Below are positions 30,410 to 39,406 of a DNA stretch of 64,000 nucleotides, piece by piece. The notes under the pieces were generated by a model. The model did not search any database. It saw only the letters and a program-made list of their open reading frames with translations, and was not told the DNA's origin. The translations under genes and the position numbers were made by a program. The stretch's first letter is position 1. Every line of letters starts with the position of its first letter. Source of the DNA: Spirochaetia bacterium (GTDB lineage: Bacteria; Spirochaetota; Spirochaetia; SP-2023); NCBI GenBank assembly GCA_965263295.1, contig OZ253665.1, forward strand, positions 1,120,001 through 1,184,000, given 5' to 3'.

Positions 30410-31651
30410 ATGGGCAGACAAAACTCTCAGTCACAGCATTCGTGGCAGAAATCTCACAAACTCGACAACGTGTGCTACGAAATCCGCGGCGAAAACATGC
30501 GTTTGGCCCAGCAGATGGCTGAAGAAGGTCAGCATATCTACCAGCTGAACACAGGCAATACATATCCTTTCGGTTTTAGCGCTCCCGAAGAAATTATTAA
30601 AGACGTGCTGCACAACACTCCTAAAGCCCAAGGCTACATTGCCTCAAAGGGCTTGTTCTCGGCGCGCAAAGCCATAATGCAAGAATGCCAGCTGATGGGG
30701 ATTCACGGCGTCGATACCGAGGATATTTACATGGGAAATGGCGTCTCCGAGCTGATCCACATGGCGTTGCAAGCCTTGTTGAACAACGGCGACGAAGTGC
30801 TGATCCCCTGTCCAGACTACCCCTTGTGGACGGCCTGCACAAGTCTCGCCGGCAGCGTCCCCCGTCACTATCGTTGCGAAGAGTCAAACCATTGGTGGCC
30901 CGACTTGGATGACATCCACAGAAACATCACAACGCGCACCAAAGCGCTGGTAATTATTAACCCCAATAACCCGACGGGGAGTGTATACCCCCGCGAATTA
31001 CTTGTGGCATTGCTCGACATTGCCCGCGAGCACAAACTCTTAGTCTTTGCCGACGAAATTTACCAGAAAATTACATTTGGCGATGCGCGAGCCCTTCCTC
31101 TCGCTTCGCTCTGCGACGACTTGTTCATCATCACATTTAACGGCCTTTCCAAGGCCTATCGTCTGCCCGGTTTCCGCGTTGGCTGGATGATCCTTAGCGG
31201 CCACGGCAAACGTTATGCCCGCGACTATATTGAGGGCCTGGATATTCTTTCGAGTATGCGTTTGTGTTCAAATGTACCCGCACAATATGCGGTGCAAACA
31301 GCCTTGGGCGGCCACCAGAGTATTCCCGACCTCCTGCTGCCCGAGTCGCGCTTGAATCAACAGCGGGAATATTGCCATCAGCGCATCCAGCAAATTCCGG
31401 GGCTGAGCTGTGTCAAGCCCAAGGGGGCCTTGTACTTCTTCCCAAAACTGGACGAGAATTTATATCCCATTGCCAACGACGAAACTTTTGCCTGCGACCT
31501 TCTGCGCGAGACGAAAGTCCTACTGGTCCAGGGCACGGGCTTCAACCTGCCCGACCAACAACATTTCCGCATCACCTTTCTGCCGCCAGTCTTTGACCTG
31601 GAAGTAATTTTTGACAACATTGCCGGCTTTCTGGCCGGCTACAACGCTTAA
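30410..31651 (+). CDS. alaA: Glutamate-pyruvate (alanine) aminotransferase
   Basis: KSHKLDNVCYEIRG, GNGVSELI, PDYPLWTA, INPNNPTG, FNGLSKAYR, MRLCSNVP. Confidence 0.9.
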   Translation: MGRQNSQSQHSWQKSHKLDNVCYEIRGENMRLAQQMAEEGQHIYQLNTGNTYPFGFSAPEEIIKDVLHNTPKAQGYIASKGLFSARKAIMQECQLMGIHGVDTEDIYMGNGVSELIHMALQALLNNGDEVLIPCPDYPLWTACTSLAGSVPRHYRCEESNHWWPDLDDIHRNITTRTKALVIINPNNPTGSVYPRELLVALLDIAREHKLLVFADEIYQKITFGDARALPLASLCDDLFIITFNGLSKAYRLPGFRVGWMILSGHGKRYARDYIEGLDILSSMRLCSNVPAQYAVQTALGGHQSIPDLLLPESRLNQQREYCHQRIQQIPGLSCVKPKGALYFFPKLDENLYPIANDETFACDLLRETKVLLVQGTGFNLPDQQHFRITFLPPVFDLEVIFDNIAGFLAGYNA

Positions 31652-31652
31652 A

Positions 31653-33212
31653 ATGCCGCGCGCTCCTTGGATACTGCACCCTGCCGAAGTGGCGGTATTG
31701 GATCGAAATGCCGTCGCCTTGGGACTCAGCATCAGTGAACTGATGCAGGCCGCGGCGGCAGCCCTGACTGCCACCGCGCAAAATATGCTCAATGCTTCTG
31801 TGCCATCAAAGATACATATTTGTCTGCTTTGCGGCCCGGGCAATAACGGCGGTGACGGCTATGCCGCAGCGCACTTGCTGGAACGACAAGGCTACAATAT
31901 AACGATCATCGCCACAGCAGCGCGACAACACAGCTCTGAGGCGCAAAATTATCGCGAGCTTTGCCGCCAGAGCGCCGCAATCAAAATACGGACGCAGCCC
32001 CAGATTTATCAGCTGCGTCAGGACCTGCAAAGCGCGGACCTGTTAATTGACTGCCTCCTGGGAGCCGGCTTTCGCGGCGATGCCCCGCGGGCTTATATTG
32101 ATAGCACTTTACAACTGTGCAACGAGTTGCAACAGAAGCACCAGCTCCCCCCGTTACTGGCCTGCGACATGCCCTCGGCCATGAAGCTGCAAGCCACACG
32201 CACCCTGAGTTTTCATGCCCCTAAACTAAATATGTACGACGCAAACGGCACTCTGCTGCCTGAAGTCGGCGAGCTGGAAATCGCTCCGCTACCCTGGCCA
32301 GAGGAAACGACAGATTGTGGCCCCGGCGAACTACTGCGCCTGCCGCCGTTGAACCCACAAGCCCGCAAAGGCGAGCGCGGCCGCCTGCTGATTATTGGCG
32401 GCGGGCCATACCACGGAGCCCCGTTGCTTGCGGCCCAAGCCGCGGGCCGCAGCGGCTGCGACTTGGTTCACCTGGCTATGCCGCGCAGCGCCGCCGCGCG
32501 CGTACACTGGCCACTATTCATAATTCCTGAAGCCTCAGCTGAAAATGCCAGCGATGATTATCTGGACGAGCACAGCGGCAAGCACTTGCTGCAACGTTGC
32601 AGACAACAACACTTCGACGCCATCCTGCTCGGCCCCGGCATGGGTCGTCATCCCGCGACACTAGAAGCTGCCTGGAACTTATTGCAAGCCCTGATTTCAA
32701 TGGAAATTCCAGTCGTACTGGACGCCGATGCCCTTTACATGCTGGCGCAAAAATGCCCAGGTTCCTGGCCCAGCCTGACTGGCGACAAGGAAAAAATAAT
32801 GCGCGGCATCGCGACCCCGCACCGAGGCGAGCTCCGGCGATGGCTGGGAGACCCGCCGCCGCAAGATCTACTAGAAACCCAGGTGCCCCAGCAGAACGCG
32901 GCCGAACAACAACTCGTCCTTTGCAGCGGTAGTCGTGACCAGCTCAGCAGCCCTGGCGGGCGCTCGGCTCGCTGTTCGGGCGGACACCCGCGCATGGCTT
33001 GCGCCGGCACAGGCGACCTCTTGGCCGGACTCTGCGCCTCTTTTCTGGCCCAGGGCATGGCGCCTTGGCCGGCAGGGCGCTTGGCGGCCTACACCCTGCG
33101 TCAAGCCGGCAATCTTGCAGCCCTCGACTGGGGTTTAGGGTTGGTCGCAGACGACATACCTAAATATATCAGTCGTTTTTTTGCCACCATGCGCGATAGC
33201 CTCAAGGTTTAA
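31653..33212 (+). CDS. nnr: Bifunctional NAD(P)H-hydrate epimerase/dehydratase
   Basis: GPGNNGGDG (YjeF_N); KG..GRLLIIGGGPY.GAP, GPGMG, VLDADAL, TPH.GE, AGTGD (NnrD). Confidence 0.92.
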   Translation: MPRAPWILHPAEVAVLDRNAVALGLSISELMQAAAAALTATAQNMLNASVPSKIHICLLCGPGNNGGDGYAAAHLLERQGYNITIIATAARQHSSEAQNYRELCRQSAAIKIRTQPQIYQLRQDLQSADLLIDCLLGAGFRGDAPRAYIDSTLQLCNELQQKHQLPPLLACDMPSAMKLQATRTLSFHAPKLNMYDANGTLLPEVGELEIAPLPWPEETTDCGPGELLRLPPLNPQARKGERGRLLIIGGGPYHGAPLLAAQAAGRSGCDLVHLAMPRSAAARVHWPLFIIPEASAENASDDYLDEHSGKHLLQRCRQQHFDAILLGPGMGRHPATLEAAWNLLQALISMEIPVVLDADALYMLAQKCPGSWPSLTGDKEKIMRGIATPHRGELRRWLGDPPPQDLLETQVPQQNAAEQQLVLCSGSRDQLSSPGGRSARCSGGHPRMACAGTGDLLAGLCASFLAQGMAPWPAGRLAAYTLRQAGNLAALDWGLGLVADDIPKYISRFFATMRDSLKV

Positions 33213-33294
33213 GCCCCAGTTTCCCCTAGTTTCCAACTGCGGCAAAAGCCCAACATAAAAAGAAAAATCTGTTCAATCATTATTGATCAAAGAA

Positions 33295-34194
33295 TTATCG
33301 AATCAGGTTTTTCGATTTCAAAAAGTTTATAGCTACTTCCTGTGGTTTGAGTTTATTTTCTTCCACATCGTAATTCATGGCGATCATTTCTTCATTACTA
33401 ATGATGTTGGTCAACTGGGCCAGCAAGCCATCAAGCTCCGGAAAGCGCTCCAGAATATCCCCTTGAGCCAATGGCACAGCGTAATAAGGCGGGAAGAAGT
33501 CCCCGTCATCCTCCAGGAGCCTCAGGTCAAAATGCTGAATCTTCGCATCGGTGGAATACGCATCGGTGTAATCTGCATGTCCGGCCATAATGGCCTTATA
33601 CTTTAGGCCGGCGTCCAACTGCAGCACCGGCTGCTGCGGCCGAAAGCCATAGGCCGCAAACAGTGGCTCCGCGCCATCTCCAGGCCGACCGACAAACTCG
33701 TTGTCAAAACCCGCGACCAAGTCCAAGTGCTCGCGCAAGTCGGAAATTTTATTAATCTCCAGTTCTTCGGCCCTGTTCCGCAGCATGCATAGGGCGTAAG
33801 TGTTGTTCAAACCCAGAGGGGCAAACACCTCCATATTGTATTTATCTTTAATCTGTTGCCGCACGACGCGCAACGTTTCATCGGCACTGAGCTTGCCCGT
33901 ATTCTTTAAATAAGCCTGATAGATGGTGCCCGTATATTCTGGACAGAGGTCAATATCACCTGACTTCAGGGCCTGCCAAACCACAAACGATGAGGACATG
34001 CAAGGTTTGAGATCAACTTCAATATCGCTATTGCCCTTTACCATCTCAGCTATAATGTAACTCAGAATAATGCCTTCTGTAAAATTCTTTGAGGCAATGG
34101 TCAATTTTCTGCTGTCTTTACCACAGGAGGCAAGAATAAAAACTATTGTCAGCAAAAATAATGCTTTCCATCTTTCCATCGCATTATCCTCCAT
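33295..34194 (-). CDS. Glycine betaine/osmoprotectant ABC substrate-binding lipoprotein (OpuAC/OsmX-like)
   Basis: LASCG lipobox, ASKNFTE, PEYTGT, GLNNTYA, AYSTD, FFPPY. Confidence 0.9.
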   Translation of the reverse strand: MEDNAMERWKALFLLTIVFILASCGKDSRKLTIASKNFTEGIILSYIIAEMVKGNSDIEVDLKPCMSSSFVVWQALKSGDIDLCPEYTGTIYQAYLKNTGKLSADETLRVVRQQIKDKYNMEVFAPLGLNNTYALCMLRNRAEELEINKISDLREHLDLVAGFDNEFVGRPGDGAEPLFAAYGFRPQQPVLQLDAGLKYKAIMAGHADYTDAYSTDAKIQHFDLRLLEDDGDFFPPYYAVPLAQGDILERFPELDGLLAQLTNIISNEEMIAMNYDVEENKLKPQEVAINFLKSKNLIR

Positions 34195-34430
34195 TTGTCA
34201 GACTTTACACAAAAATTTTTACCAACAATGGATTTTTTTTCTATATGATTTTTAAGTTTGAAGTACAAAAATATTAATTAAGATCAAGAAGTCTACCCAG
34301 CATTATCTGGATTATATCCAGTAAAACATCTAACATCGCCAAAGAAATCGGCCATCCAGGCTCATGCCATTATCCCAAATATTCAGAATCCCAAAAATAA
34401 AACACCACAACTTCTCCCGTAAGACCATCC

Positions 34431-34809
34431 GCAGCAACGGCTGCTGCGGCCTAGCCGTAGGTCGCAAACAGCGGTACCACGCCATCTCAGGGCGGGTGCT
34501 AGCACAGGCCGGAAATTTGATTAGTATCCAATTTTTCGGCTCTGCCGCTGAGCATACCTATAGAGTAATTATTGTTCAAACCCAGAAAATCAAATATTTT
34601 CATATTGTACTTATCTTTAATATGATGCCGTAAACAGCACAATGTTGCATCAAAACTGAGCTTGTCCTATATTTCTCATTTGATCTCTTCTTTGATTTTT
34701 GACCAAACGGATATAAAAAATTTTCAATTGTTTTGAATATTACGGCAATACAAACAACCCCGATTCATATCAGCAAGCCCTAAATTGGAATCAAACGTGC
34801 CCGTATATT
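34431..34809 (-). pseudogene. Decayed tandem copy of the osmoprotectant-binding protein gene
   Basis: 34431-34450 matches 33621-33640 (19/20); 34572-34586 = 33803-33817; 34601-34621 matches 33832-33852 (20/21); GTGCCCGTATATT recurs near 34797; indels lie between blocks. Confidence 0.85.
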
Positions 34810-35029
34810 AATCAAGTCAAGTACTATATTTATTTTTTTATGTGCAATATTAGAAATAACTTGGCCTTTCTGTATCTGGAAAACTTGTTACTGAGAAAAG
34901 AGATAACTTCGGTAATCTTCGTTGGGTAATAAAATAAAGAAAACCTGTCGAAGGGGCGGCAGGAAAATTCCCAGTATTTTGACTTTTCAAGCTTGGAGGG
35001 AAGGTATACATGAAGGTAGTCCTGATGCT

Positions 35030-35347
35030 TCTTCGACGACATTATCCCTGATCATTGGGCGCAAAGTTTTGCCAGAGCGCGTGGGGTTGGCGTTGTTTTT
35101 CCCTCGCGTTGCTTGTATTGCCGTAGGGATAGATATGTCGCACTCCTCAGAGTTTACAGGTCTTACCAGCTCTGTAAGCGGCGATCTGGTTCTGTTCGTA
35201 AATAATGCGGATACGCTAGTTGATGTAATTCTCGGTTTTTTCGCGACGCTATCCAAGGTGACACTGGCAGCAAGCGTAGCCCTTCATTCGCTTTTCGGTA
35301 AGTATTCCACAAATAATATTGACGATCACGCCGGCCATTTTACGTAA
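35030..35347 (+). pseudogene. Possible EamA/DMT transporter remnant
   Basis: LSLIIGRKVLPERVG...CIAVGI then GDLVLFV resembles the junction of two EamA repeats; there is no intact gene. Confidence 0.3.
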
Positions 35348-35448
35348 TCCACAGTCTCTGACAATGGCCAAGCACACAGGATTTCTCCCCCCCCTTACAT
35401 CACACCCCAATATGATGCCTTACAATACAAAATCATTCCAAGCAGATA

Positions 35449-36177
35449 CTAATCCGATTGAGGCTCTTCTTTATCTTCCATCTCGCGAGCGGTCGACAGA
35501 GCCGAGGCAAGCAACCCCGTCGGCACAGCCACGATGCCCAGGCCAATCATCAGTACTAGAAAAGTGAAAATTTTCCCTCCGGTCGTAATTGGGTAAATAT
35601 CCCCGTAGCCCACTGTCGTAAGTGTGGCGACAGCCCACCACAGGCTCTGGAAAATGGATGAAAAGGATTCAGGCTGTGCCGCATTCTCAAAATAATAAAT
35701 ACCAACAGCAGAAAAGAATAACAACATCGCGGCAAAAATGGAAAACAGCACCAGTTCTTCTTTTGCAATCAGCAATGCTTTGTGGAAGCGTTTAATCGCC
35801 AGGCTGTAGCGCAGGAGTTTAAATGCGCGAAACAATCTCAAGAGCCGAAGGATTCTTATAGATCTTAAATCAAAACTTGCAGATAGGTAAAATGGTAGTA
35901 TCGCGAGCAAATCGACCAAGCCATAAAAACTAAAAACGAATTTGACTTTTTTTTCTGCGATTAAAATCCTCAGTATATATTCAATAGAAAAGATTAGAAC
36001 CGTAATAATTTCTATAAATCGCAGAATCTTTATAAGCTTGACATTGAGTTCTGGAAGTGTTTCAATGGAAAATGATATGAGGGAAATAACAATTAGGACC
36101 TGAATGAAAATATCAAATATGCGCCCTTGTATCTTATCATGATTGTCTAATATGGCTTTTATACACCTGATTAACAT
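35449..36177 (-). CDS. Voltage-gated-type potassium channel (Ion_trans)
   Basis: S4 LRSIRILRLLRLFR, WWAVATLTTVGYGD selectivity filter; ATG 36177 preferred. Confidence 0.93.
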   Translation of the reverse strand: MLIRCIKAILDNHDKIQGRIFDIFIQVLIVISLISFSIETLPELNVKLIKILRFIEIITVLIFSIEYILRILIAEKKVKFVFSFYGLVDLLAILPFYLSASFDLRSIRILRLLRLFRAFKLLRYSLAIKRFHKALLIAKEELVLFSIFAAMLLFFSAVGIYYFENAAQPESFSSIFQSLWWAVATLTTVGYGDIYPITTGGKIFTFLVLMIGLGIVAVPTGLLASALSTAREMEDKEEPQSD

Positions 36178-36264
36178 AATTTGCAGCTCGCCGCCCCAGC
36201 AGTCGGTCCTATTTCTAATACAGTGCCAGAAATTAACAGGGCCCGGCCCCATAATTAGTCATGG

Positions 36265-37017
36265 CTAAAAGAACTGATCTATGACACGGAATGAAAGTAG
36301 GTAATAAGTAATTGTCGAGACAACGCGCACTTTCTTAATGTGTGGATTGTTCCAGTCTCGTTCACTAATAGTGAATTGGCCCTGGGAAGCACTCTTGATT
36401 TTCCCCAGGGGACTTCTTGAATCCACGGCAAATTTATTGGCTACTTCACGGGCATTCTTAGTTGCCTCTTCAATCATCTCAGGCTTGACTTGATTCAAAC
36501 GCGTAAAAAGATATTCTGCCTGTGAGTGATAAGTCAAGTCATCACCGCTCAACACGATCCCTTGTTTGCCAAGTTCAGATAATTGTCCCATCGCCTTCCG
36601 CACAATGCCAATATTGCGCGAGTAAACTGTAACTGTCTGCCGCGCAGTATAGCGGAAGTCATAATTTGCTTTGTCATCATATCGTCGTGCTTTTTTATCA
36701 ATAATGGATGGCGTAGAAACCGTAATTTCCTGGTCTTTTATGCCATTATTTTTCAAGAAGGCCCGAACTCTTTGAGTGCTGCTATCAATTGAAGAATAGA
36801 TCCCTTCCAGGTTATTACTCGCTTTAGTAAACTGAATTGGCCAAATGACAGTATCCGCAGCGTATTCCCTTTCAGACAAGCCCTTCACCGTGACAGTACG
36901 GTCAAATTGTTTGACGTGAATTGCCGCATTGCCCAGAATATAACCTAGCAAAGACAAACCAATCAGAATACACAGTCCCAAAATTAACGAGTTGCACCTG
37001 CCGATTCTCACCATCAC
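36265..37017 (-). CDS. SIMPL (DUF541) domain protein
   Basis: RTVTVKGLSERE..AD..IWP, KPEMIEEATKNAR, ASQGQFTI, KKVRVVST. Confidence 0.9.
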   Translation of the reverse strand: MMVRIGRCNSLILGLCILIGLSLLGYILGNAAIHVKQFDRTVTVKGLSEREYAADTVIWPIQFTKASNNLEGIYSSIDSSTQRVRAFLKNNGIKDQEITVSTPSIIDKKARRYDDKANYDFRYTARQTVTVYSRNIGIVRKAMGQLSELGKQGIVLSGDDLTYHSQAEYLFTRLNQVKPEMIEEATKNAREVANKFAVDSRSPLGKIKSASQGQFTISERDWNNPHIKKVRVVSTITYYLLSFRVIDQFF

Positions 37018-37075
37018 TCTATCCTCGATATTGTAAACAATATCAGCCCAATATCTATAGGACCTTCATTATTCC

Positions 37076-37594
37076 TCAGTTATCTTGTTCTACAAAAATC
37101 AGACTATCAGTATCAAAACCATACGCTTTCGACTGAGCGATGAAGCGCTCCACGACTGCGGGCTCTACCGCAGGTGTTCTCGACAACAACCACAAATACT
37201 TGGTATTCGGGCCGCAAACAAAAGCATATTGATAAGCCTCCCGCTCCAACTCAAAAACGATGTAAGAGCCATAAAATGGGCCAAAAAACGAAACCTTAAA
37301 ATAGCCTTCGGTCCCATCCTTTGTGAAATACGCCTTGCCTTCGGCCTCTTTCCAAGAATTCTTTGCCGCAGAAAAACCCCGATTCAAAACGCGAACACCG
37401 CCGTCATCTCTCAGGCTATATTCAGCGCTAACCTGGCTCAGACCCCTTTCAAAAGGATGATTTAAACGGGCAATTTCATACCATTTCCCCAGGTAACGCT
37501 CCAACTCAAAACCGGCTACCGGCTGTATCAATTTAGGCATGCCCAAGCAAGCATTCAGCATTAAGGTCCCCAATATTGGCCATAATTTACTCAA
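37076..37594 (-). CDS. blc: Outer membrane lipoprotein lipocalin
   Basis: AGGAGG RBS plus TTG start; lipobox LNAC; RYLGKWYEIAR, KVSFFGPFYG.Y, YLWLLSRTP. Confidence 0.93.
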   Translation of the reverse strand: MSKLWPILGTLMLNACLGMPKLIQPVAGFELERYLGKWYEIARLNHPFERGLSQVSAEYSLRDDGGVRVLNRGFSAAKNSWKEAEGKAYFTKDGTEGYFKVSFFGPFYGSYIVFELEREAYQYAFVCGPNTKYLWLLSRTPAVEPAVVERFIAQSKAYGFDTDSLIFVEQDN

Positions 37595-37833
37595 GAAATG
37601 CCTCCTGACAAATTAGGTGCCACCTTTAATTTTCTATCTGGAAATACCGGACAAGCCAATGCCAGGCTCCCCACAAGCGATTGGCATCTATTATAATGAT
37701 TATTGAGACTTTGAACTACAAGGCAAAATACTAAAATTCGGTGGCTAATTCTACCCGTGTGTTTCGCTGATTTTGCATATAATAATACCACTGTTCTCGC
37801 CATCCTGCTTTTCTTACCTTTTCTTATCTTGTC

Positions 37834-37875
37834 TTGTCCATATCACTTTTTCATGGTATAAATATTGTATTTATA
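37834..37875 (+). promoter_or_regulatory. nhaC promoter with overlapping inverted repeat (candidate operator)
   Basis: TTGTCC-17 nt-TATAAA with TG extended -10; TATAAATA-ttg-TATTTATA at 37857-37875. Confidence 0.55.
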
Positions 37876-37900
37876 ACTAATTTAAACAAGGCTCTCCGTT

Positions 37901-39322
37901 ATGCAAGATATCCGTCTACCGAATTTAGTGCAGGTCATCATTGCTTTAGGGCTTTTCCTGGGGCTGGCATTCTCATTCACGGCCTCATTGGATTTACCCG
38001 TGCAGCTGGCCCTCTACATTGGCTGGTTCGTCATCATGGCATTGGGACTCAGGCTGGGGCACAGTTACCAGGAACTGGAAAAAGCAGCGCTCAACGGCAT
38101 TTCTAAAGGTTTGAACGCAGTAATTATCCTGATTTCTGTCGGCGCCCTAGTCGGCACCTGGATTTCGGGGGGTATTGTTCCGACCATCATCTATTACGGC
38201 CTCAAAGCGATTCACCCGCAAATTTTCCTCACGGCGGCAATGATCCTCTGTTCGCTGACATCCTTGGCGACTGGCACCTCTTGGGGCGCTGCCGGCACGG
38301 CGGGCATTGCCATGATGGGCATCGGCCAGGGTCTGGGAGTCCCGGCTCCCATTACTGCAGGTGCGGTTTTGTCCGGCTGTTATTTTGGCGACAAGTTGTC
38401 GCCATTGTCAGACTCTACGATCCTGGCTTCTTCAATGGCCAACGTTGAAGTCATGGAGCACGTGAAGGGAATGCTGCCGATTTCACTGATCAGTTACGTG
38501 ATTAGCGCCATTATGTTCACCGCATTTGGCTTTCACTACGCGGGCAGAGTGGAAATGTCTCAGGTTCAGACCGTTATCAATGCGCTGGAGCAGCATTTTA
38601 AGATTAGCCCCGTGTCGCTCATCCCTGTGCTGCTTGTCCTCGTTCTATTGGCGATGCGCATGCCTTCCTTCCCGGTCATCAGCCTGGGCTCCCTGCTTGG
38701 GATCATCTGGGCAGTAGCCATTCAGCGCATGGAATTCCTGCAGGCATTCAATACCGCCTGGCAACCTTTTTCTATTCAATCAGGCGTGAGCTTTATTGAT
38801 GCCATTCTGAATCGCGGCGGTATTGTCTCCATGCTAGGTTCGGTCGCGGTCATCATCTTTGGTCTCGGTTTTGGCGGTCTGCTCGAAAAAGTCGGCGTAT
38901 TGGAAACCGTCGGAAAGTTGTTCGAGCGACGCGTGAAAAGCGCGGGTTCTCTAACGACAAGTACCATAGCCACGGCCTTTCTGGGGAACATCTTTGGCTC
39001 AGCCATGTATGTTTCCCTCATCCTGGCCCCTGAGATTTGTGCAAAAAACTACGATCGCCTGGGCTACCAGCGCAAGAATTTATCTCGTAACACCGAGTTT
39101 GGCGGGACCTTGACTTCCGGCATGGTGCCCTGGAGCGATAACGGGATCTATATGTCGAGCATCCTTGGGGTTGCAACTCTTTCGTACGCCCCTTTTATGT
39201 GGCTCAGCTTCGTGTGCATCATCGTGGCCATCATCACCTCGTACTTGGGGATATTTGTCGATAAATGCGAACCCGTTGCGCCTTCCTCGGCAGCGGAAGC
39301 GACGGAACGGCCGGGCAAATGA
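37901..39322 (+). CDS. nhaC: NhaC family Na+/H+ antiporter or amino-acid transporter
   Basis: GTW...G.VPT.IYYG, TGTSWG..GT.G, GDKLSPLSD, LSR..E..GT, PW. Confidence 0.9.
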   Translation: MQDIRLPNLVQVIIALGLFLGLAFSFTASLDLPVQLALYIGWFVIMALGLRLGHSYQELEKAALNGISKGLNAVIILISVGALVGTWISGGIVPTIIYYGLKAIHPQIFLTAAMILCSLTSLATGTSWGAAGTAGIAMMGIGQGLGVPAPITAGAVLSGCYFGDKLSPLSDSTILASSMANVEVMEHVKGMLPISLISYVISAIMFTAFGFHYAGRVEMSQVQTVINALEQHFKISPVSLIPVLLVLVLLAMRMPSFPVISLGSLLGIIWAVAIQRMEFLQAFNTAWQPFSIQSGVSFIDAILNRGGIVSMLGSVAVIIFGLGFGGLLEKVGVLETVGKLFERRVKSAGSLTTSTIATAFLGNIFGSAMYVSLILAPEICAKNYDRLGYQRKNLSRNTEFGGTLTSGMVPWSDNGIYMSSILGVATLSYAPFMWLSFVCIIVAIITSYLGIFVDKCEPVAPSSAAEATERPGK

Positions 39323-39406
39323 TTCGTTCATGGCCCGTTTCATGGCGGCAGGCTTGCTTATCACAGAGTTAATGCCGAATTAAATGTGGAGTTAAATTAA
39401 CAAGCA

